DNA of 39,557 nt from Proteromonas lacertae (lineage: Eukaryota). The stretch covers positions 1 to 39,557 of the forward strand of contig NGBS01001220.1 in assembly GCA_002245135.1 (NCBI GenBank), written 5' to 3'. Below the pieces are notes generated by a model, which was given only the letters and a program-made list of their open reading frames with translations, was not told where the DNA came from and searched no databases. The position numbers were made by a program, and so were the translations under genes. This document shows positions 24,806 through 37,600 of the stretch, piece after piece (position 1 is the first letter of the stretch; each line of letters starts with the position of its first letter).

Positions 24806-27627
24806 TTATTTATAAGCATTTACTTTTTTCAACATTTCTTCAAATTCCTTTCTTTCTAATTCATCTTCTACAATGATATACTTCATTGCTTCATTCAAGT
24901 ATTTCTTTGAATCTTCATATTCATTCTATTTTCATTAAAATAATCTTTTATACATTTTCAAAATAACATTTACCCAGTGTTTTATAACAAGTAAACTTTT
25001 CATAATCACTTTTAGCTAATCCTAATGCATTATTATATTGATTTATAGCTTCTTCAATAGTACCAATATTAAATAAACATTCACACATATTAATATAATA
25101 CAAACATCTATCTTCATCTGTTTCTGCATATTTAAAAGAATCTATAAAGAATTCCATTGATTTTTCATAATCTTTCTATAATATTTATAGTTAAACAGTT
25201 ATACCAATTTCAAATAATCATCACCTATGTTATTATAACAAGTAAATCTTTCCTTGTTTGAAGATGCAAGTTTCAAGGCTAAGTTATAATAAGAGATTGA
25301 TTTTGTATAATCTTTCTATAATGTTTTATTATTGAACAATCATACTATATTTTTACAACAAACACCTAATAAAAAATAACAATCATATTTCTCTTCATTT
25401 GTTGAAGAATTTTCTAAAGCAGATAAATAAAACTGTATTGAGTTTTGGTATTGTTTCTATACATATACAATAACAAATACAATATAATAATAACTATTCC
25501 CAATATAACATTTATGATTGTATTTATCATTATTAGAGACAGCATCTAAGGTATATTTTAAATAATCAATTGCTTTTTCATATTCTTTCTATAGCAAATA
25601 TAATATATTGACTTACCAAAGAATATAAATTTAGACCAATGCATGCTTTGCACAAATATTTTTGTTCATTTGTTTTGGCATTATCTAAAGCTAATTTATA
25701 AAATTTTGTTGAATTATCATATTCTGCCTATTATATATATAATTTCAACATTAATACAAGTTGTATATAACTTTTGCCTATTTTTGTATGACATTCATAT
25801 TCTTGTTCATTTGTATCGGCATTATTTGAGGCAGATTTATAAAATGGAATAGATTCTTCTATTTTGCCCTATTCATTTATATATTATGATAATTATACGA
25901 CATTCACAAAACAATCACCTATATTTATACTGCAAGTATATTTTCTTTCATTTGTTTTGGCATTTTCTAAAGCTATTTTATAATGTTCGATTGAATTATC
26001 ATATTCTGCCTATTAAACTTGTTATTGCAAATATTATACAAGTTGAGCATAACACCAACCAATTCTGTTTTCACAGTCATATTTTTCTTCATCTGAAGAG
26101 ACATTTTCCAATGCAGATTTTAAGCAATTAATTGATTTTCCACATTGTTTCTATAAGATTCATTACTTTATATGATAATACAAGTTGAACATAACACTTA
26201 CTAATATTTAGTCTACAGGTATATTTTTGTTCATTTGTTGAAGAATTTTCTAAAGCAGATTTAAAACATTCTATTGAATTATTATATTCTGCCTATTATA
26301 TATATAATTTCAACATTAATACAAGCTGAAAATAACAAGTACCAATTTTCATTTCACATTCATATTCTTGTTCATTTGTATTGGCATTATTTGAGGCAGA
26401 TTTATAAAATGGAATAGATTCTTCTATTTTGCCCTATTCATTTATATATTACGATAATTATACGACATTCACAAAACTATCACCTATATTTATACTGCAA
26501 GTATATTTTCTTTCATTTGTTTTGGCATTTTCTAAAGCTATTTTATAATGTTCGATTGAGTTTTCATAGTCATTCTATTCAATATAAAATACTACAATTA
26601 TACCTCTCTTTTATAAAATGAACCTAAGGTGTAATAACCAATGAATTTATCTTCATCAGTTTCCGTATAATCTAATGCATTTAGTAAATACCCTTTGGAT
26701 ATTTCAAGTTCGTTCTACTCATTTATAATTATAAATAATTATACAAGATTCAAATAACACTTTCCTATATTTGAAATACATTTAAATTTTTCTTTCTTTG
26801 AAGTAGCATAATCTAAGGCAGTTTCTAAAATATCTCTGGATTTTTCAAATTGCCTCTATACATTAGAAATATCCTTTACTCATACTCTATGAAAATAACA
26901 TTCACCTATTTTATAATTACATTCACATTTTTCTTCATCTGTAAAGGAATTTTCTAGTGCTCTAGACATATATTTTATTGAGTTTTCATAGTCATTCTAT
27001 TCAATTCATAGTTATATTTATCATACAACTATCAAATAGCATAAACCAATTTTGTAACTACTTTCATACTTTTCTTTATTTGTCAAAGAATTCTCTAAAG
27101 CTGTTATATAACATTTTATCGATGGCTCATATTCATGCTATAATAATACATTAAATATTCTTCTTATACCAAATTAAAATATCTATTTCCTTCATTATAA
27201 TTATCTTCATATTCCATGTGTTTTCTTTCTTTGTTGAGTAGTTGTATATATTCTGTATCTTCTATTGTTTCTAAAAAATCTATTATATTGTCGAGATTAT
27301 CTTTACTTTTGTCAATTAAATCAATCAATCTATGTAAATCATTTAGATAAACATCTTTGTTATTCTTTAGCTCAGTTGAATCATCTTCAGTATAAGGAGG
27401 ATTATTTTGTTTATGTGATGGAAAGAATCTCTAATCATATTAACTACTAGATTTATATATACAATTACTAAATTATCATTCCAATATGAAGAAAACTCTT
27501 CTTTATCCATTTCAATAATCTCTTTTAAAGTCTTTCCATTAATAGCTGCACCTTTTAAATAAAATAACAGAATTACAGAATTACAATATAATAAATTTCC
27601 TGATTCTTCACTTGTAGTAGTAGTGGC

Positions 27628-27662
<35 letters not shown>

Positions 27663-28511
27663 CAGTTGATGCAGAAGGATATGATGTATCACTAATATAA
27701 GGAACAGGAGGAGCTGTGTTTGGTAATTTGTTTATTTCTTCTATTTTGTCTTTTTCTTCATCAATTGTGTCTATCATATCTTCAATTTTATCAAGGTTTA
27801 TTCTTTCACTTTCATCTTTTTTTAACATTTGCTTTATTAACTCTTCAATTTGAAAAAATCTTTTTCCACTTATTCTATCAAAATCTAATTCTTTCCCTGA
27901 CTGTAACTCATTCTCTATTTCTTTTTCATTTCTTTCTTTAAATATAACATTCAATGTGTATATTTCATAAAATATACATCCAAGAGAAAATATATCACCA
28001 AATTCGTTACATCTAGAAGGTAAATTTAAGATAGAATCTTTAGAAATGTAATTTATCATTAATTCATTTCTTTTTCCTACTAAGATATTCTCTAGTGTCA
28101 ATTCTTTATGATTTAATTCTATACTGTGAATATATTTTAATCCATTTACTAGATCCATCATACACTCAACTATTTCCTATAACAATTATACATATATTAC
28201 TTCCAGTATACCTCTAAAGAGAAATCTTCACTCATTTCTTTTCTTTTACTTATTACATCACATAAATTTCCCTTTTCAACGTAATCTGTGAATATATAAC
28301 AAACATTTTCACTCTTAACAATCTCATAGTCTTTCATTCTCAAAATATACCTATCTTTCACAGTGATTAATTTTTCACATTCTCGTTTTACTAATTCTAT
28401 GGATTTTGGAGTTATATTAAAGCCTTTCCTTGCCATTATCACTCCATTGCGATTTACTTTACATAATTTCTTCACATCGCCTTTTGCAACATTAGAAATA
28501 GCATTGTTCAT
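24806..28511 (-). CDS. Array gene D: pseudokinase + OGFr-like + TPR-like array; near-copy of gene B with one extra repeat exon
   Basis: ORFs 28197-28511 and 27367-28161 are identical to 20864-21178 and 20034-20828. The offset to gene B shifts from 7192 to 7333 at ~26365-26505. Stop TAA at 24806. Confidence 0.85.
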
Positions 28512-28575
28512 CTTATAAGTGCTTTAATTGCAAAATATACCTCTCTTAAATGAAAAAGAAAATTAAAAAAAAGAT

Positions 28576-28593
28576 TCAAACCTGTAATCAAGC
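28576..28593 (-). promoter_or_regulatory. Same candidate element before gene D
   Basis: tcaaacctgtaatcaagc, a duplicate of the gene B upstream region. Confidence 0.5.
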
Positions 28594-28676
28594 CTAGTTT
28601 TTCTTTTAAGAATAAATATTACTTAAAATAAAAAAGTATGAATAAGCTAGTTTGTATATATATTATGATAAATCTT

Positions 28677-30806
28677 CTATATTCTTATAATCTCTCCAAA
28701 TTCTATTTTAAAACTATCTTCAACTATATTCCACATATATTTACTCGATTCGTTTAGGTACTTCTTAAATTCTTCATATTTGCCCTATTTTATCAAATGC
28801 AAAATATATACCCTTTCAAAGAAACAGTTACCTATTATAAAGTTACACCTAAATCTTTCATGGTCATTATTGGCTAATTTTAAAGATTCATTATATAGAT
28901 AATTCGATTCTTCTACTGGATTGATGTTAAACATATATTTACACATATTAATGTAATATAAACATTTGTCTTCATCTGATTCTGCAAATTCAAATGCTAA
29001 AATAAGATTATTCATTGCCTTTTCATCATTTTTCTATTATAATTTCATATTAAAATAATAATAAAACATACCATATTAAAATAACAATCACTTATACTCA
29101 TATTGCATGTAAATTTTTCTCCATTTGTAGAAGCGCATTGAAAAGCATAATTATAATTTTCAATTGCTTGTTGGTAATGTTTCTATTATATATTATAAAA
29201 AACAATTATACCAAATTCCAATAACTATTGCCAATATTTATATAGCAGGTATATTTTTCTTGATCTATTAAGGTGTTACCTAATACTGATTTATTATATT
29301 CTATTGAATCTTCAAGTTCATTCTAAATATTAATTATATTAATAATATACACTATCCATACAACCACCATTTATACCAAAACTACATATATATATATCTT
29401 TATCTGTAGAATTGGCTTTTTCAAAGACATCTTTATAATATTCTATTGGTTTTTCAGTTTCATTCTATCATATAATAATAACATTACTTATCATAATAAC
29501 AATACAGTAATAAAACACTTACCAAGATATACAATACTGACACTTTTCTTTTCAATTTCAAATGCATTTTCTAAGGCAGATTTATAGTATTTTATTGAGT
29601 TTTCATATTGTTCCTAGTTAATATAGAAGTATTATACAATATTCCAATAACATTCACCTATAATTGTGTTACATATGTATTTTTCTTCATTCTTAGAAGC
29701 ATTCTCTAAGGCTGATAAAAAATAGTGTATTGATTCTTGATAGTTATTCTATAATAATAACTGAAATAACTATACATTTATGAAATAACACATTCCTAAG
29801 CTATAAAAACAATAATAATTTTCTAATGACATTATCATATTTACTTCTGCTTGTTGCTCATGAGTATATTCATTAATTTCAAAACTATTATGATCACTTT
29901 CTAAAGCAGATTTATAATAATTTATTGACCTTTCATATTCCATCTATTGATTAAAATAATAAGCATACCTTTTTGAAATATATATTACCCAAAAAATATT
30001 TGCTAATGAATATCTGAAAATTAATTTTCGTAAGATCCAATCCATTCAGAAAATATATTTTGGATTTTTCATACTCATTCTGTTACATCATAAATATAAA
30101 GATATAATACATTAATAAAATAATTAAATCCTATTCGAATAAAACAGTAATATTTCTCTTTCTTTGTACAACAAGATTCCAATGCCATAGAAAAATATTC
30201 ATCAGCTTTATCATTATCTTTCTACAATATAATTAATACTACATATATACAAGATTCATAAAACACAATCCAATATGGTAATTACAGTCATATCTTTCTA
30301 TTATTGTAGTATTAAATTCAAATGCAGATTTATAAAACTGCATTGATTTATCATAGTCTTTCTATTATTTACATAACTATTCAACAATACAAGATTGAAA
30401 TAACATTCTGCAATTCTGAAATGACATTCATATTCCTCTTCTTTTGATGAAGTGTTGTTTAATGCAATTGTAAAACACTCTATAGAGGATTTATAATTCA
30501 TCTATTAATAACAATATTATCATATATATTTACATACAAAATATAAATTCTTTTTCCCTTCCTCATAATTATCTTTATACTTTTTTTCTTTATTCAGCTT
30601 TTCTACATATTCATAATCTTCAATTGATTTTAAAAAGTTTAATATTTTGTTGAGATTATCTTTACCATGATCTATCAAGTCAATTACCCTATATAAATCA
30701 TTTATAAAGCTATCTTTTCTGTTTTCCAATTTCACTGCATATTCTTTAGTATATTCACTGCCTTTTTCATCCACTGAAGGAAATAACAACTATTTTTATG
30801 ATTATA

Positions 30807-30841
<35 letters not shown>

Positions 30842-31871
30842 CCAAATAATCATCTTTCCAGAATGAAGAAAATTCTTCTAAATTCATTTTTCTAATTTCT
30901 TTTAGTGTTTTACCTTCTATATTCCCACCTCCTAAATAGAAATTGAGAATAAAAGAATCACAGTTAGAAGAAAAACTAGCTTCTTCACTTGATGTATTAT
31001 CTATTGATGGTAATGGTAATGTTGAATTATGGCTAACATAGGCAATAGGAGGAGTATTTAACATTTGGATTACTTCTTTTTCTATTTCATCAATTTTTAT
31101 TCTTTTATTGACATCTTTCTCTAACATTTGCTTTATTAATTCTTCTATTTGCTGGAATCTTATTCCACTTAACCTTCTAAAGCTCATTTTTTCATTATAT
31201 TTTATCCTATTCTTTATAACTTCATTATTTTCTCCATCAAAAGCCATTCTTAATGTATATATTTCATAAAATACACAACCTAAAGCAAATATATCACTTG
31301 CTGTTGAATATGGACGAGCTCCTTCATCCCATAACTCAGGAGCTATAAAATTTGGAGTTCCGTTTAGTAAATAATCAGTACTATCAATTCCAGTTGCTAA
31401 TCCAAAATCACTTATTATTAATTTTTTATGATTTCCAACTAAAATATTTCCTGGTTTTAAATCTCGATGAATTATCCCTTTACTGTGAATATATTTCAAT
31501 CCACTAACTAAATCTTCCATAAAATTAATTATTTCCTATATAATTTATTCATATTACTTCATTTATACTGTAAATGTAAAATCTTCATTTTTACTGATCT
31601 TCTCATCTATTAATTTCCCTAAATCTCCTTTCTTTACATATTCTGTGTATATATAACGCATATTTCCATCAATCTCATAATTTTTCATTAATAACACATT
31701 TGGATGATCCAGCTGCTGTAGAATACTAATTTCATTTTTAATAGCATCTTCCAATTGTTCTGTTATTTTTATTTCTTTTCTAGCTAGCTTTAAACCATTA
31801 TGTTCAACTAAACACACTTTGCTAAAAGCACCTTTTCCAATTATTTCATATTTTTCATCATTTGTTTCCAT
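28677..31871 (-). CDS. Array gene E: Ser/Thr kinase + OGFr-like + TPR-like array
   Basis: Exon 1 METNDEKYEIIGKGAFSKV...HPNVL; exon 2 HRDLKPGN, DFG, GTPNFIAPE. The 3' part is essentially identical to gene C at offset 7333. Stop TAG at 28677. Confidence 0.85.
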
Positions 31872-31932
31872 TATATTTTCAAACCTAATTGTTATTGTTA
31901 TCAGCTAAAAATTTAATTAAAAATTTTGATAT

Positions 31933-31951
31933 TCAAACCTAAGAATCAAAC
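31933..31951 (-). promoter_or_regulatory. Same candidate element before gene E
   Basis: tcaaacctaagaatcaaac, ~62 nt upstream of the ATG. Confidence 0.55.
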
Positions 31952-32071
31952 CTGCATTATTTACTCATTCATAATTATATGTGGTAATATTTAGACACTG
32001 CTTGACAAATCAAAAAAATCATTATAAAGCAACAAAAAACATTGATAGAAGCAAAGAGAATAATTATTTTT

Positions 32072-34383
32072 TTATTTATCATTCAATTTTTTAAATATTT
32101 CTTCTAATTCTCTATTTGACTCTTCATTTACACTTGATTTATATTTATATGCTTCACATAAATACTTCTTGGCATTTTCTATATCATTCTATTTTCAAAA
32201 TAATAATAATAATCATTATAGTATATATACTCTTTCAAAAAGAAGTTTACCCAATTTATAACTACATATAAATCTTTCAACATCTGTATTAACTGATTCT
32301 ATTGCTCTATTATAATTATCTACTGCATCATCTATCATACCAATACTATACAAACAAGCACACATATACATATTGCATAAGCACTTATCCTCATTCAATT
32401 CTACATATTCTAATGCTAAAAGTAGGTATTCCATAGATTTTTCAATATTATTCTATTATATTAACAATTCAAATAATCATACAAGTTTCAAATAACTTGC
32501 ACCTAAGTAGAAACAACATTCGTATTTTACTCTATTTAAGCATGGTAGTTCTAAAGCCCATTTGAAATGTTCTATTGATTTTTCATACTCTTCCTATTTA
32601 ATTATATAACCATTTAAAAACTTACCATATCATAATAACAATAACCTTTTTTATATTCAAATATAAAACACTCATCTTTTGTAAATATATCTTTCACTCG
32701 AGATGAAAAATTTTCTATTAATTGTTTATATTCGTTCTATTTATATATATATATATATATTATTAAAAATAAATATATACTAATTTGTTGTTACATATAT
32801 CAATATTTAATTCACAATTCTGTCTTTCTTCACTTGTTGTACATTTTTCTAGTGTTGATTGTAAATATTTCATTGACATTTTATTTTCTCTCTATCATAA
32901 TATTATTCATTATATTATACAAGAAAGGAACAATAGTTAGACATAATAGCTGAATAATATGAAAGCATTTTTTGTTTCGTTGTTGTATACTTTAATCCTT
33001 CTTCTAAATATTCTGTTGATATATCATATTCTTTCTATTATAATGTCTATAATTATATGCATACTAGAACTGAATAGCAAATAGCTATATCATAATAACA
33101 AGAGCTTTTTTCTATATCTACATAAGATACTTCCAATGCAGATTTAAAATAATCAATTGCTTTTATGTAGTCTTGCTATTAATTCATAAAGTCAAATATA
33201 TATACAACACTTTCATAGCATTTACCTAAATAGTAAATACATGAACATTTTTCTACATTTGTATAGGCAAATTGTAAAGCAGTAGTCAAACATTCTATCG
33301 ATTTTTCATTCTCTTTCTATTAAAAAAAAAGTATAAGTATTAATTACTATAATCATACAAGATTGTAATAACATCTTCCAATGTTAGAGTAGCAAAGACA
33401 TTTATTTTCATTTATATAGGCAGTTTGTAATGCAACTTGATAAAACTGTATAGATACTTCATATAATCCCTATTCAAAATAATAAACAACACTTATATAT
33501 ACCATTATTAAGTAATTTTCACCAATACTAGTATTACATTGAAATCTTTCTACATCATCAGTTGCCAACTCTACAGCTTTAAGTAAAAATTCTATTGATA
33601 CTTCACATTCACCCTATCAAATTGATAAATAAATGAATATAAAATACAAGATCCATATAACAAAAGCCAATTTTGCTACTACATTCATATTTTTCTTTAT
33701 TTGTAGATGCATATGTCAATCCACGATAAAAATACTCTAATGCTTTAGCATATTGTTTCTAATTGTATAATAGTAAAAAATAGATTTACTGTAGAGAAAT
33801 AGTTATCTCCTGTATTTATTAATGATTTACATGTTTCTTGATCTGTTTGGGTAATTAATATCTTAGTATTATCATTAGGTATTTCATTTACATCATATGA
33901 AGGTTTTAAATATTCCAATTCCCTTAAGATGTTTACTGGAGGTTGTTCATATTTTTCTATAGATCTTTTCACTTCAATCAGTTTTTCAACATATTCATTA
34001 TCTTCTATAGACGATAAGAAGTTTATCATTGAATTGACTACATCTTTGTTGTTTTTATCAATCAAGTCAATTAGTTTATGCAAATCATTTAAATATTTGT
34101 CCTTGTTATTCTTTAATTCTGCTACTTCTTCATTTGTATATGACGGTTCTACTTGGTTGATTGAGGGAAAGAATATCTATTGTATAAACAAATATAATAA
34201 ATGATATACAAATACAAAATCATTTTTCCAGAATGAAGAAAAAACTTCTGGCTTTATTTCAACAATCTCTTTTAAGGTTTTGCCTTCAATTACTCCATTT
34301 CTTAAATAAAAATTGAGTACTAAAGAATTATAGTTAAGAGAATAATTAGCTAGTTCACTAGATGCAACACAAGGTGGTAACAT
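32072..34383 (-). CDS. Array gene F: kinase-less member (OGFr-like + TPR-like array)
   Basis: Starts MLPPCVASSELANY...LNFYLRNGVIEGKTLKEI. An intron precedes the IFFPS exon, then nine single-repeat exons, a double exon and a cap ending FKKLNDK* at 32072. Only ~300 nt separate it from the WDR35 stop, so no kinase exons fit upstream. Confidence 0.8.
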
Positions 34384-34410
34384 CAGAAAAAAAAAAAGAT
34401 TTAAACGAAA

Positions 34411-34429
34411 TCAAGCCAAAGAATCAAAC
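34411..34429 (-). promoter_or_regulatory. Same candidate element before gene F
   Basis: tcaagccaaagaatcaaac, ~28 nt upstream of the predicted ATG. Confidence 0.5.
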
Positions 34430-34684
34430 CAACATTAATTATTTAATGATGAAAAAGAAACTCTATTAAAGAAAAATATTCCATCTGTTTTATATCCATT
34501 TGTAGAAATAACATACAGTGGAGTTTATGTAGAACAAAGAGTTTATGACTTTATTATTATTATTATTATTATATTTTAATTTTGTGTTGTTAAACTAAAA
34601 ACAAATCATTAAAAATATTAATAATAGGAATATATATTTTTCATTTTACTTTTAATCTACTATAATCATCATCATTTTCATTCA

Positions 34685-37600
34685 TCACATTCGACTTTTG
34701 TCAAGAGGACCATGACATAATGGACAATATTGAGTATCTCGAACTTCAATCTTTTCAGTCTTATGTTTACATCGACTACATCGATAAAATGAATCACTCG
34801 TTATTGGTAAACCACTTGCTACACTCCAAGCAACTTTCGCTCCACATTTTATACACTCTGTACTCCAACGATACAAATACTCACCACATTTCTTTGGACA
34901 TTCCATTTTCTTATCTTCTTTATCATTATAATTATGTTTTGTAAAGATCTTCACTGCTACACTCTCATATTTCTTTCGATCTTCATTACTGATATTTGGT
35001 AATGATTCTAAATTCATAAACGCTTGACTACATAATCGATAATTCTTACTTTGATAAGCAGTATAAGCTAATAACGAATAGATATCTTCACCATCTAATA
35101 TATCTTCATAAGATGATAATCGATTAGCTACTATCATTGCATCCATCATTCGATTCTCATATAAGTGACGATGACATAATAAGTATAAATGATAAGCTTC
35201 AGCACCTCGCCAATGTTTCTCTAATAGTTTATTACCAGAAGTAGCTGAATCTTGAGTCATTAATTGATCCAAGGTTACTGCAGTTGCTGTGGCAGTATCT
35301 AATGTAGATGTCATTGTTGTATCAAGGGTTTTGTTTTTGTATTCTTCCATTATTAATCCACTTAAGACATATAATTGTTTACATCGTAAGGGATTTACTT
35401 TCAATTTACCACATTCATTTGCTAATTCAGATAATATACTTGCTGCTTCTGTTGCTTTACCAGCTTTACGATATAATTCTACTGCAGCAAATTTACTTTC
35501 AGTTGTGTTTTCTTCTAAGATATGAGCAGAATATTTACCTAATAAACCTTCGATTTGAGGATATTGATATTGTTCAGCTAAATTCACTGCTTTATCCCAT
35601 TGATTCAATAATACACAACAATCGATTGATCCTTTTATATCACCCATCTTTAAGTATGCTTTTACTGCACTTTCAGTCATTCCAACAGATTGAAATTTTT
35701 GAGCTAAATCATTTAATAATGGAGAAGAATCAGGAACTTCATCTAATAATCGAGCTAATGCTTCATATTCTTCTAATATGTAATAAGCATTGATTAATGC
35801 TTCGATATTTCTAGCTTGAACATAATATCCAACGGAATATTTCCATTGTTGACGTTCGGCATAATAATCACCAATTTTGTTATAAGCTAAATTTAACATT
35901 TCTTCATTTGGAGTATCAGTCTATTTCAATAAATATAATATAATAATATAATAATATATACAGATTGTAATAATTGAATTACACAAAACCAATCGCCCAA
36001 TTTCATTCTCAAATCAATTGCTAAATCAAGACGATCAATCTCTTTATAGATTGATTCTGCTTCCTCAAATCTCTGGAAATATACGGCTACTTCAGCTTTC
36101 TGTTTCTGTTTATCAGTAATTGCTTTTAATCTTTTCACAAATTGAATTCCTTGATAATCTTCACATTGAACAAATGCTTTATCAGCTACTAAGAAATCTA
36201 ATTGAGATAATGCATATTCTGCTAATAATCGCCATAATCGAGGATGACTATGATCTTGAACATATTGATAAGCATCATTTAAACTAATTGTATTGATCAT
36301 AGCTCGAGCATCTCTCAAACTTATTGTCTCAAAATTTATCATACAACTCGATTTTGGTTCATCAGGTTTTTCCATTATCTCATCTAAATTAAATGAACGA
36401 ATTTCTAAATCTTTAAATTCAGCTAAATATCCATTACATAATATTGGTTCCTCAGGTTCTGTTCCTCGCATTATATATAATCGATTCTTCTCCATTACAG
36501 CGAATAAATCAGGATTATCATCAGCCCAAATCATATCCCAACTATCTTTCTTTTCATATGATAAAATCATTCCATTTGGATGTTCAGAATCAGTTTGTTT
36601 GAATGAAAAGAAGTTTAATGTTCCATTTATATCGATTATTGAGATCATTGTGGAATTGGAATTAATGGCTATCTTATCTGGTCGACATTTCACTTGAACT
36701 TTCTTTTCTAGATGAATATTTGGTAATGAATAACATTGGATTATTCCAGATTCTCTAGCGACTACTAATAGGTTATTACTGGCAGAAATACAACTAATAT
36801 GATCAGTTGTAGTAGCTCCAAATGTCTCATCAATATGGAATGTTGTTTCTTTACCTTCTTTACCAAGAGAAGGATTTAAATCAGCAAATTTAGCCATTGT
36901 CGATGTAAATTGCCAAACATAAATCATTGTACTGGAAGCAACGATAATGAATTGTTTATTCATAAACAAATGATCAGGAGTTATATCAATATAACGATTT
37001 TCTAATGGACTTCCTATTGCATTACATAATATCACAATATGTTGATTGGAATCTTCAGCTTTCGTTACTAATACACAATGATCACCATATGCTTTTATAT
37101 CTATCAATCTATTCGCATATTTTATATATTTCTCATGAGATACTACATTATAGAACATTACGCTATTATCTTCACGATCTGGACGAGTATAAGAGTAGAC
37201 TAAAGTATTACTGAAATAACCCCAACGATAATCAGGTCTTACACTTGCAAAGAATATATGGCCTACCAACTGCCATTGCGATTCTTAAACCATTTCCTTC
37301 CCAAGCGATTCCTTCTAAAGGACCTCCAGGAACTTTAAGAGATCGACGATTGATACCATAAGGAGTATAGAATTGGATTTTTGTTGATTCTTTTGGTTTT
37401 CCATCAGCTGTGTCAGTATTGTTTCAATTCCAGCTAAGGCCAAGTAATGTTCCATTGTTGTTCCATTGACAATGAGTTAATTCATTCCAGTATCGATTAA
37501 ATAATTGGATTATCATCTATCTCATTTCGAGCTATTTGAACTCGACCATTGCAAAAGCAATTGCTAAAGTTGGAACATTTGGCTCTAATAATCCTTGACT

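Larger units (their letters stand above)
16758..31298. repeat. Direct tandem segmental duplication, units ~16758-23947 and ~23948-31298
   Basis: Identical ORF pairs at offsets ~7190-7192 (18451/25643) and 7333 (19932/27265, 20864/28197, 22968/30301). The junction sequence cctaaagcaaatatatcact occurs at 16758, 23948 and 31279. Confidence 0.95.

Noticed and set aside
16758..31298. The 7.3-kb duplication as a pure assembly artefact or a transposon
   Set aside because: The copies differ by an in-frame exon unit, clustered substitutions and microsatellite lengths, and the junction lies in homologous kinase sequence, as expected for unequal crossover. There is no transposase or terminal repeat. 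A haplotype mis-join cannot be fully excluded without reads.
12690..33760. ~141-nt periodicity as a CRISPR array or diversity-generating retroelement
   Set aside because: The units are spliceosomal exon+intron pairs with no constant direct repeat. There is no cas or reverse transcriptase gene, and the variation is not adenine-specific.
12505..34700. Blastocystis-type stop codons created by polyadenylation (downstream TGTTTGTT motif)
   Set aside because: Every gene whose 3' end is in the window has an encoded stop, and only loose T/G-rich similarity is seen downstream (e.g. tgtttgaa at ~12510).
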